This document shows positions 43,741 to 50,954 of a DNA stretch of 50,954 bases, one piece after another. Where the stretch lies: assembly GCA_944363605.1 (NCBI GenBank), contig CALVUM010000026.1, positions 1-50,954 of the forward strand. Direction: 5' to 3'. How positions within the stretch are numbered: the stretch's first letter is position 1; every line of letters starts with the position of its first letter. The notes under the pieces are model-generated. The model made no database searches and had not been told where the DNA came from. It was given only the letters and a program-made list of their open reading frames with translations. Source of the stretch: an uncultured Bacilli bacterium (lineage in GTDB: Bacteria > Bacillota_I > Bacilli_A > RF39 > UBA660). The position numbers were made by a program, and so were the translations under genes.

Positions 43741-43824
43741 GTTAATTTCTTTGTTAATATACTGTCAATCAGCTTGAAAATCCTATTCTTTTTTGAGTTT
43801 TTTTTGTTATTCTATTTATGGTAG

Positions 43825-44271
43825 GTGGTAGGAGTGAAAGCAGAGTTTAAACTTGCTTCTTTTGAAGATTTAGACGCTCTTATAAAATTGTGCGATGAGT
43901 GTTTTGATGAGAGAATTGATGAAGTAAAAGCCCGTAGAATGTTTTTTAAAGCTCAGCATGATGAAAATCAAATTTATTTAGTTGGTTATGTAAACGATGA
44001 ACTTGTTGCTCATACAAAAATTACGATTATTCCAACAATTTATGAAGAAATGGGAACATTTGCTATTTTAAATCATGTTTGTGTAAAAGAAAGTTATCGA
44101 CGACATGATATTGCATTAGATATGCTAAATAAAGTGGAACAAATAGCTAGGAATAAAGGATGTAAAACACTTAAATTGTGGTCGGCTAATTTTCGAATTC
44201 CAGCACATAAATGTTATTTAAAATTTGGCTTTGAAAAGTTTGATGCATCTTTTTTTCAAAAGGAGTTGTGA
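43825..44271 (+). CDS. GNAT family N-acetyltransferase
   Basis: ..VCVKESYRRHDIALDMLNKVEQIARNKG.. acetyl-CoA binding region. Confidence 0.8.
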   Translation: MVGVKAEFKLASFEDLDALIKLCDECFDERIDEVKARRMFFKAQHDENQIYLVGYVNDELVAHTKITIIPTIYEEMGTFAILNHVCVKESYRRHDIALDMLNKVEQIARNKGCKTLKLWSANFRIPAHKCYLKFGFEKFDASFFQKEL

Positions 44272-44277
44272 GGTAAT

Positions 44278-44859
44278 ATGAAAATAGATAGTATTTATAT
44301 TGGTGGATGGTTTCAAAGAACAATGCTACAACTTTCTGAAATTTATGATTTTTTACGTGGGAATGGAAGTCATTTAGATTTAGATAAAACTAAATTAGAT
44401 GAATATCGAAAAAATTTAAATATTGGTAAAATTATTTATGCGGTTTCGGGAATGGAATATGTTGAATATACAACATCTTTAAATATTACGGTAAAGATTT
44501 TTGAAGATGGGCTTATAGTATTAAGAAATGATGAAGTAAGTGAGAATACTTTATTTGCAGATATGGATAAGGTAAAAGATTATTATGAGAATTGTTTATC
44601 TAAAGCGATCAACTATTTGTTTAGTTTAGGTGCACCTGTTCCTAAGGAATTAGCAAATATTGAAAGTGTTTATCCTTATTTTATTGTTTGTGATGATGTT
44701 TTAAAAGAGTCTATTTTTTCTTTATTAAATCAAACAGAGAGACAAAAATACTTTGAGTTTGAAAATTCTAAATATAGCGTGATTCGAGGAGATAAGTATT
44801 ATTTTATTAATGATAAAAAGAATTCAAAAGCTGAAATAGAACGTTATATAGAAGAATAA
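44278..44859 (+). CDS. hypothetical protein, N-terminal part of a gene interrupted by an in-frame TAA
   Basis: GAGGTAA RBS + ATG at 44278. Stops at TAA 44857-44859, but the same frame stays open for a further 200 codons. Confidence 0.6.
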   Translation: MKIDSIYIGGWFQRTMLQLSEIYDFLRGNGSHLDLDKTKLDEYRKNLNIGKIIYAVSGMEYVEYTTSLNITVKIFEDGLIVLRNDEVSENTLFADMDKVKDYYENCLSKAINYLFSLGAPVPKELANIESVYPYFIVCDDVLKESIFSLLNQTERQKYFEFENSKYSVIRGDKYYFINDKKNSKAEIERYIEE

Positions 44860-45459
44860 ATTTTTATTCGTGAATTTAAAGGACAATTACATCGTTATTT
44901 AAATATCCATCGTATTGTTTGGGAAAAAATTGATAAAGTTAAAGAAAATGCCAATGTTAAGGGTAGCGATATTGTTAAATTTACTTCTAAGTTAGAGGGT
45001 TATGCAAAAACAATAAATTTAATTGATGGACGAATTAAGCAAATGAATACGTATTTGCCAACTAGAGAAAAAATTGCTAAACAAGATAAAGAATTGAGTG
45101 AATTTTTGGAAATTTCAGGATATCGATATGAAACTTTACGAGATACTTTAGAGTATATTCAAGATTTATGGGATGTAACGAAAAATTATGTTTCTTCTGC
45201 TCAAAAACTATTTGATGGTTTAAAACAGGATGTTACAAGTAAATCCGTAGATAGTTTAACTATTGTAACTTCTATGAGTGCAGGGGCATCGATAATTGCT
45301 TTATTAACTGAAACTGCTCCTGAGTTTACCATATTTGGAGTTATTTATTTCTTTATTTTAGCAGCACTTGGTTGGGGAACAACAAAGATCATGCATTTTC
45401 TATCAAATAGAAGAACCTATGAGGTTTCTGATATAGAATATGAAAAGAATATAAAATAA
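44860..45459 (+). CDS. C-terminal part of the same gene (coiled-coil region + C-terminal TM hairpin)
   Basis: 61 stop-free in-frame codons with no ATG/GTG/TTG and no RBS precede the ORF-track start at 45043. The C-terminus has two hydrophobic helices. Confidence 0.5.
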   Translation: MFIREFKGQLHRYLNIHRIVWEKIDKVKENANVKGSDIVKFTSKLEGYAKTINLIDGRIKQMNTYLPTREKIAKQDKELSEFLEISGYRYETLRDTLEYIQDLWDVTKNYVSSAQKLFDGLKQDVTSKSVDSLTIVTSMSAGASIIALLTETAPEFTIFGVIYFFILAALGWGTTKIMHFLSNRRTYEVSDIEYEKNIK

Positions 45460-45460
45460 A

Positions 45461-45488
45461 AAATATCGGAGTTATTTCGATATTTTTT
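45461..45488. terminator. bidirectional intrinsic terminator between convergent genes
   Basis: AAATATCG / CGATATTT stem, A-run upstream and T-run downstream. Confidence 0.5.
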
Positions 45489-46671
45489 ATATATAATTTT
45501 CTATTATTGTTTTTAAATTTTCGTAGCTTAATGCTCCAGGAATTTTTTCTTTTATTTCATTATTTTGAATAATAAAAGTATTTGGATAAGAAGTGATGTA
45601 ATAATCACTGAAAACTTTATTATCTTCATCTATTAAAACTGTAAAAGTATATTTGTTTTCTTCAATATATTCTTTTATTTCTTCTAATGTTTTTTGGCTT
45701 TCTTTAGGACTTACAATTGTTAAAATAATTATGTCTTGGTTCTGGTATTCTTGGTAAAGTTTTTCAATACTTTTTAACTCGTCTTTGCAAAGTTTACATG
45801 TCATAGACCAAAAGTTTAAAAATATTGGTTTATCTTTTATTTCATTTAACGTAAATTCTTGGTTCTTTAAATCTTTTACTATGAAATTTGGAGCAATTTT
45901 TAAATCAATATGATTTTCAGTTCCACAGTTAGATAAACCATTTTCGTTTACTGTGCAGCTGTTTAAAGATTTTTCCTTTATTGAATTAAACCCATTGTAC
46001 AGTAAAGTTATGCCAATGATAATTAATAATAATCCTCCTAATTTTACTAAATTTATTAAAGTTTTTTGATGTTTTTTTAGTATATTAAGGGCTTCATTTG
46101 TAAATAGTCCTAAAATTAAAAACGGAATAATAAATCCTAGTGCATATAGTAAAACATAAAGGTTTCCTATCAAAGCATTTTCTTCACTTGAAGCCATCAT
46201 TAATACTGAAGATAAGGCTGGTCCCACACAAGGAGTCCAAGCAAAGCTAAATAAAAATCCTAAAAGAAAAGCAAGAAAGGGATTTATTTTTTTCAAATTT
46301 AAATTGGCTTGTATTCTTCTTTCTTTTTGAAGTGTTTTCACTTTTATTAATCCCATTTGAAATAGTCCCATAATAATTATGATTACTCCACATATTAATA
46401 AGAGAATGTATTTTGTTTGGTTTAGAAAGTGTCCTAGTGCTGTAAAGGAAAGCCCTAAAAGAAAAAAGGAAACTGAGATGCCTAAAACAAAAAAGAAGGT
46501 ATAAAAGAGTGTGGTCTTTCTTTGATAGGTAATTGTTTGGTCTTTATTTACTTTTTTGGCATTACCTGCAAGGTAGCTCATATATAAAGGGATAATTGGA
46601 AGAATGCAAGGTGAAAAAAAGGAGATGAGTCCTTCTATAAAAACTGTAATCAGCTGAATATTTTCTAGCAT
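45487..46671 (-). CDS. CcdA/DsbD-like thiol-disulfide transporter fused to a TlpA/ResA-like thioredoxin domain
   Basis: N-terminal multi-TM domain with ..FSPCILP.. and ..WTPCVGP.. Cys motifs. C-terminal thioredoxin fold with WSMTCKLC (CxxC). Confidence 0.8.
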   Translation of the reverse strand: MLENIQLITVFIEGLISFFSPCILPIIPLYMSYLAGNAKKVNKDQTITYQRKTTLFYTFFFVLGISVSFFLLGLSFTALGHFLNQTKYILLLICGVIIIIMGLFQMGLIKVKTLQKERRIQANLNLKKINPFLAFLLGFLFSFAWTPCVGPALSSVLMMASSEENALIGNLYVLLYALGFIIPFLILGLFTNEALNILKKHQKTLINLVKLGGLLLIIIGITLLYNGFNSIKEKSLNSCTVNENGLSNCGTENHIDLKIAPNFIVKDLKNQEFTLNEIKDKPIFLNFWSMTCKLCKDELKSIEKLYQEYQNQDIIILTIVSPKESQKTLEEIKEYIEENKYTFTVLIDEDNKVFSDYYITSYPNTFIIQNNEIKEKIPGALSYENLKTIIENYI

Positions 46672-46727
46672 AAAATGCCTCCTTTGTGCCTTTGGTATTT
46701 TAGCAAACTTTTGGTTTTTTGAAAAGA

Positions 46728-47816
46728 CTATTTTAGAGCAAAACTATTGTTAATAACTGGGACACTGTAAAGTAATAGGATATCTTGATTTTCATGCCAT
46801 TTGATTTCTTCAATATTTTCTATGTAACTGCTACTTAAATAACGTAAGTCTATAACGGTTATTTTTTGGTATTCTTCGATAAGTAAAGGAATTAATGAGC
46901 TTCCAAAAGAATCTCTAAATACAATAAGTTCTTTTTGGCTTGTGGCATTTTTGTTTTCAATTATTTGTAGGGCACTTGCTCCACTTAAAAAGACATCGTA
47001 TCCATCTATGTTATGAATATTTTCTTTGGTATAAACTTTTTCAAACTTTTGTTTTTCATAGTTATAAACTGTTGCATTTTCTATTATTTCATTAGTTAGA
47101 TATTCAATAGTTTCTGCTTCAATATTATTAGGTATTCGTGAGTCTAAAGCTCCATAAAATGGTGAAACACTTAGCTTGGTATAGGAAGATTCTTCTGTGG
47201 ATAAGTGCATTTCTTTTTTTAGCTTTTTTAGAACTTCAGTTAGTTCGGTCTGCTTCCAATGAATATCTGTTTGGTAATAACTTTCTTTGTTTAATTCATC
47301 AAATAAAGAAATGTAGGTATATTCTTGAAATTCTTTTTGAATTAAAGCAGTTAATGTTTCATAATCTAACCTTGGAATGGTATCATCTTCTAAGTAATAG
47401 TTTTTGTCTGGGATAATACTGTAATAGATATTATTAGTTAGACTATATTTGTTTAGCGTTTCATTTAATAAATTTGTAAAATGTAAAATGGATTTTTCAT
47501 TTAAAGGATCGTTTAATGCATAAAGACTATTTTCCTTTATGATTACTCCGTTTTCTTCTTTCTTTTTAAAGATGTTTAATGAAACCATTCCTTTTATTGT
47601 TCTAAATTCATTTCTAAGAGGAAACTGATCGGTAAAATAATCGGTCCATTTTGAAAAATATGTATTATCTAAAATACTTTCTATTTTTAAAGTAGGTATT
47701 TGAGCAAGATTTCTTCTTTCTTCTTTTGATATTTCTCCTGGGTTTTTGAATAAGCCCCAGAAGAAAAATAAAAACATCGGACCTATTAGGCAAATAATTG
47801 TTAATTTTTCTTTCAT
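46728..47816 (-). CDS. DHHW-family (AlgX/DltD-like) protein, partner of the MBOAT acyltransferase
   Basis: N-terminal TM anchor, a ..YYQTDIHW.. motif (DHHW-like), and position immediately downstream of the MBOAT gene. Confidence 0.6.
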   Translation of the reverse strand: MKEKLTIICLIGPMFLFFFWGLFKNPGEISKEERRNLAQIPTLKIESILDNTYFSKWTDYFTDQFPLRNEFRTIKGMVSLNIFKKKEENGVIIKENSLYALNDPLNEKSILHFTNLLNETLNKYSLTNNIYYSIIPDKNYYLEDDTIPRLDYETLTALIQKEFQEYTYISLFDELNKESYYQTDIHWKQTELTEVLKKLKKEMHLSTEESSYTKLSVSPFYGALDSRIPNNIEAETIEYLTNEIIENATVYNYEKQKFEKVYTKENIHNIDGYDVFLSGASALQIIENKNATSQKELIVFRDSFGSSLIPLLIEEYQKITVIDLRYLSSSYIENIEEIKWHENQDILLLYSVPVINNSFALK

Positions 47817-47826
47817 ATGTCAACTC

Positions 47827-49221
47827 CTAAAATCTAAAATATAAAAATGGGTTATACGAATCATCAATGATAAAGCCAGTAATTACAAATAATAATATCA
47901 TTAAAGCAATGGGTTCTAAAATGATTAAAACTTTTTTTCCAATAAAATGATTATTGATTTTATGGTAAAGGTTTTTCATCCATGGGCCCATTCCTATTAT
48001 GGCTATAAGTAGGATAACTAAATAATTTTTTAAATAAAAAATTGTTTCAATGTTGGTAATAGGTAAATGGTTAAGATTTATTAAATTTTGGAAAAATGTG
48101 TTTATTTCGGTTAAGGATTCAAATTGGAAAATCACAAAACTCATAAGGATTAAAATAAACGTGGATACATGGGCAAATATCGGATGCTTGTCTAGGAAGT
48201 TTTTCCATACAAATTTTTCTAATAAAAGTAAGATAGCAAAATATAATCCCCAGAGAATAAAATTCCAACTTGCTCCATGCCATAGTCCGGTTGTTAACCA
48301 AACAATTAGAATGTTTTGAATTTGTTTTCTTTTTCCTTTTTTATTTCCACCTAAAGGAATATAAATGTAGTCTCTAAACCAAGTGGATAAAGACATATGC
48401 CAACGTCTCCAAAATTCCGTAATGCTTTTGGAGATAAGTGGATAATTAAAGTTTTCGAGAAAATGAAAGCCAAATATTTGGCCAAGTCCAATTGCCATAT
48501 CGCTGTAACCTGAAAAATCATAATATATTTGGAATGTGTAAGCGATTATTTCTAACCAGTAGCTTAATAGTGATGTATTTGGTAAGGCATTTAATTCGTT
48601 ACATAAAGCTCCAAGTAAATTGGCGATTAAGACTTTTTTTCCTAGGCCAATTAAAAATCTTCTAAGCCCGTTTGCAATTTGTTCGTAGGAATGTTTTCTT
48701 GTTTTTAGTTCCTTCTCCACAGTTTCATAACGCACTATGGGGCCAGCTATAAGTTGAGGAAAAAGGGTTAGATATGTAGCAAAATCAAAAACGTTTTTGG
48801 CTGGTTTTACTTCTTTTTTGTATACATCAATCACGTAACTTGCCGCTTGAAAAGTGAAGAAACTTATTCCAATTGGTAGAACGATTTCTAGGAAAGCAAT
48901 GTTTGTTTTAAAAAGGTTATTGATATTGTTCAGTGCAAAATTAAAGTATTTAAAGTAGAAAAGCATTCCAAAATCGATGAGCATAGTGATGATTAAGAGA
49001 AGTTTTCGTTTTTCTTTGCTTTTATTTATGAGTACAGCCATGTAATGATTAAAAATACAAGAGAAAATTAGTACAAGAATATATTTAGATTCTCCATAAA
49101 AATAAAAAAATAAACTGCATAAGAGTAAAACTTTGTTACGATATTTGTTTGGAATAAGAAAGTAAAGTAAAAAACAAATAGGTAAAAAGTAATATAAAAA
49201 TGTAATACTTGAAAAGACCAT
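47827..49221 (-). CDS. MBOAT family O-acyltransferase (AlgI/DltB-like)
   Basis: 464-aa polytopic protein. ..FWRRWHMSLSTWFRDYIYIPLGG.. and ..WHGASWNF.. with the conserved His. Confidence 0.9.
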   Translation of the reverse strand: MVFSSITFLYYFLPICFLLYFLIPNKYRNKVLLLCSLFFYFYGESKYILVLIFSCIFNHYMAVLINKSKEKRKLLLIITMLIDFGMLFYFKYFNFALNNINNLFKTNIAFLEIVLPIGISFFTFQAASYVIDVYKKEVKPAKNVFDFATYLTLFPQLIAGPIVRYETVEKELKTRKHSYEQIANGLRRFLIGLGKKVLIANLLGALCNELNALPNTSLLSYWLEIIAYTFQIYYDFSGYSDMAIGLGQIFGFHFLENFNYPLISKSITEFWRRWHMSLSTWFRDYIYIPLGGNKKGKRKQIQNILIVWLTTGLWHGASWNFILWGLYFAILLLLEKFVWKNFLDKHPIFAHVSTFILILMSFVIFQFESLTEINTFFQNLINLNHLPITNIETIFYLKNYLVILLIAIIGMGPWMKNLYHKINNHFIGKKVLIILEPIALMILLFVITGFIIDDSYNPFLYFRF

Positions 49222-49257
49222 GTAATTCTCCTTCTATAAAAAAAAGCCTTAATAGGC

Positions 49258-49716
49258 TTATTCTAAACTATCAAAATTTTCTTCGATTGGTTTGGCTAGT
49301 TCATTTGACATGATTACTAGAATTAAGTTTCCTTTATTTTTTACAATGACATTTTCAGCTGTAACACAAATCCATTTGTTTGGGTTTATGCTATTTTGAA
49401 TTTTTTCTTTTACTTCTTCAATGTCTTGTCCTTCCTTAGTACGAATTAACATTACAGAGTGAGCAATTGAACCAACCATGGATTCAGATGCTAGGGCACT
49501 TTCAAATTCGATATCTGTAGCACCAAGGAAACCCACCATATTGTCGCTTGTTATTTCTGTGTTTGTTAGAGCCATTGGTAATTCGTCTTCACTAATTCCT
49601 TCATAAAGTTTTGTCATGATGTCTTCTAGACTTCCTTCAATGTTTTTTTCTTTTGGTGTACAACCTGTTAAAAAAATTGCTCCAACAACTAATAAAGCTA
49701 GCAATATTTTTTTCAT
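49258..49716 (-). CDS. lipoprotein (DUF4358-like)
   Basis: Lipobox LTGC after a signal peptide. Its position upstream of the MBOAT/DHHW pair is typical of DUF4358 proteins. Confidence 0.5.
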   Translation of the reverse strand: MKKILLALLVVGAIFLTGCTPKEKNIEGSLEDIMTKLYEGISEDELPMALTNTEITSDNMVGFLGATDIEFESALASESMVGSIAHSVMLIRTKEGQDIEEVKEKIQNSINPNKWICVTAENVIVKNKGNLILVIMSNELAKPIEENFDSLE

Positions 49717-49840
49717 TTTCTACCTCCCGGGCATAATTTTATCATAGGAGTAAAATAGAGTCTATAAAAATTTTTGTATCTTTACTATTTTCTAATATGG
49801 TTGTAATTTGTTATACTATCATCAAGTAGGTGAAAAAGTT

Positions 49841-50368
49841 ATACTTAGTCCAGTTATTGAAACAGAAAGGCTTTTATTGCGTAGATTTAAAGAATCAGAT
49901 ATTGATGTTTTTTATGCTATTTTGCATGATAAAAAATTGGCAAATTATGTATAGTTTCCTAAGTTAACAAAAGATGAAGAATTTGCGTATATTAAAAGTT
50001 CTATAAATGAAGCAGATACAAGTAAATATGAGAAGTGGGCAATTGAGTTAAAGAATAGTGGTGTAGTAATTGGAAATATTTCCGTTAATAGCGTGAATAA
50101 ACATAATAATTATTGTACTATCGGATATGTTATATGTTATGAGTATTGGGGAAACGGTTACGCTGCTGAAGCTTTAAATGCTGTTTCAAATTATTTACTT
50201 ACTGAGCGTGATTATTTTTTAATAGAAGCCAGCTGTCACGAATTAAATACGCAGTCCATTCGAGTTCTTGAAAAATGTGGATTTAAAAAAGATGGTTATA
50301 TTGCAAATAGAAGACTTAATGAAGATGGGACTTATTCAGGAGTTAATTTTTTTAGTAAGATTTTGTAA
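49841..50368 (+). pseudogene. RimJ/RimL-like GNAT acetyltransferase with an in-frame TAG and no canonical start codon
   Basis: The frame reads (I)LSPVIETERLLLRRFKESDIDVFYAILHDKKLANYV*FPKLTKDEE...NKHNNYCTIGYVICYEYWGNGYAAEAL... TAG lies at 49952-49954. An AGGTGA RBS sits 7 nt before ATA at 49841. Confidence 0.7.
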
Positions 50369-50457
50369 AATTTTGTGTTTTAGCTTTTTGTATTTTTTGT
50401 ATAATTGTTTTATATTTGATTTTATGATATCATTGATTATAGAATTGGGGTGTACCT

Positions 50458-50823
50458 GTGAAAGAAAATTTTGAGCAAGCATGGCAAAAATTTAAAGATT
50501 TTGTTTTGGAATATATGCAAAATTTACAAGGACAAAAAAGTCAATTAGATAAGGCTATGGAGAGTGAGAAAATTATAAGTTCTCTTAGTAAGGAAAAAAG
50601 TTTGAAAGCTGTTTTAGAAGCTAGAGATGTTTTGACTTTTTTAGATCCGTCTTTAAAGTTAGATATAGAAATGCTTGCTTTTTTTGAAGCAAATCAAGCA
50701 ATTCTATTACCTCAAGTCACGGAGATACTAGAAAAAATTTTGAGTAGTCCTATTATTTTAAATTACGCTGAAAATACTTTAGAAAATCAAAAAAAATTAC
50801 AAATGATTAAAGCAAATATATAG
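50458..50823 (+). CDS. hypothetical protein (helical, Lys/Glu/Leu-rich)
   Basis: 121-aa ORF with a GTG start. No recognised domain. Confidence 0.45.
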   Translation: MKENFEQAWQKFKDFVLEYMQNLQGQKSQLDKAMESEKIISSLSKEKSLKAVLEARDVLTFLDPSLKLDIEMLAFFEANQAILLPQVTEILEKILSSPIILNYAENTLENQKKLQMIKANI

Positions 50824-50954
50824 ATAAGCAAAATAAAATAATAAAAAAAGAAAAATATTCGTCAAATTAATTTGTAGAATAAGAAAAGTGTATGATAAAA
50901 TAAAACGCAAATTTCATGCACTTTTTTGTATGTAGAAAGTAGATGAAGGCAAAA

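Noticed and set aside
19736-49954. Could the in-frame TAA/TAG codons reflect stop-codon reassignment or programmed readthrough?
   Set aside because: Nearly all well-supported genes in the window terminate at TAA, TAG or TGA at positions consistent with their family lengths. Very long ORFs (1,038, 1,017 and 1,315 codons) are uninterrupted under the standard code. Isolated nonsense mutations or sequence errors are the simpler explanation.
1-50954. I looked for tRNA, rRNA, tmRNA, riboswitch/T-box leaders, transposases, integrases and prophage genes.
   Set aside because: I recognised no cloverleaf-like or rRNA-like segments and no recombinase motifs. The intergenic leaders upstream of the metabolic genes are too short, or lack conserved riboswitch cores that I can identify by eye. 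A covariance-model scan (Rfam, tRNAscan-SE) would be needed to exclude them formally.

Overview
This is a visibly AT-rich chromosomal window from a low-GC Gram-positive (Bacillota-type) organism. I found no rRNA, tRNA, CRISPR array, transposase or integrase.

Main blocks, in order:
- **1-2.4 kb:** a small accessory cluster with an HD hydrolase, a decayed Fic gene and a Cys-His-Asp protein.
- **2.7-11.1 kb:** one giant (~2,800 codon) surface protein. It has a cohesin-like domain, a TM hairpin, a dockerin, Ig-like repeats, GLUG repeats and an M26/Zmp-type HExxH metalloprotease. It is broken into three ORFs by two frameshifts.
- **11.2-22.9 kb:** mixed accessory genes. These include a CMD-family protein, a cupin gene split by a GNAT cassette, a Ppx/GppA-like protein, a TetR + MMPL pair, a Zn-ADH, GNATs, a complete type III ToxIN/AbiQ-like toxin-antitoxin locus with 37-nt antitoxin RNA repeats, and an ASCH-Nudix fusion.
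- **22.9-28.4 kb:** addB-addA on the minus strand.
- **28.4-31.0 kb:** a largely non-coding accessory patch (one very AT-rich membrane-protein gene, no other called ORF). It holds two tandem 355-bp modules, each with a 24-aa hydrophobic peptide ORF absent from the ORF track, a convergent antisense promoter and a shared terminator. I read this as a type I toxin-antitoxin-like system and consider it the most interesting signal in the window. The patch also holds a very AT-rich polytopic membrane protein and a ~210-bp palindromic MITE-like element.
- **31.0-39.6 kb:** a long minus-strand NAD salvage/biosynthesis operon (Nudix, unknown, pncA, pncB, nadE, prs, nadD, pncC, nrtR, unknown) with recurring palindromic candidate operator boxes.
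- **39.9-50.9 kb:** an ABC/FtsX transporter, GNATs, a CcdA-thioredoxin fusion, and an MBOAT/DHHW/DUF4358 O-acylation cluster.

A recurring theme is frame disruption: at least five frameshifts and two to three in-frame stop codons in otherwise well-conserved-looking genes. All function calls come from motif recognition by eye, with no database searches.
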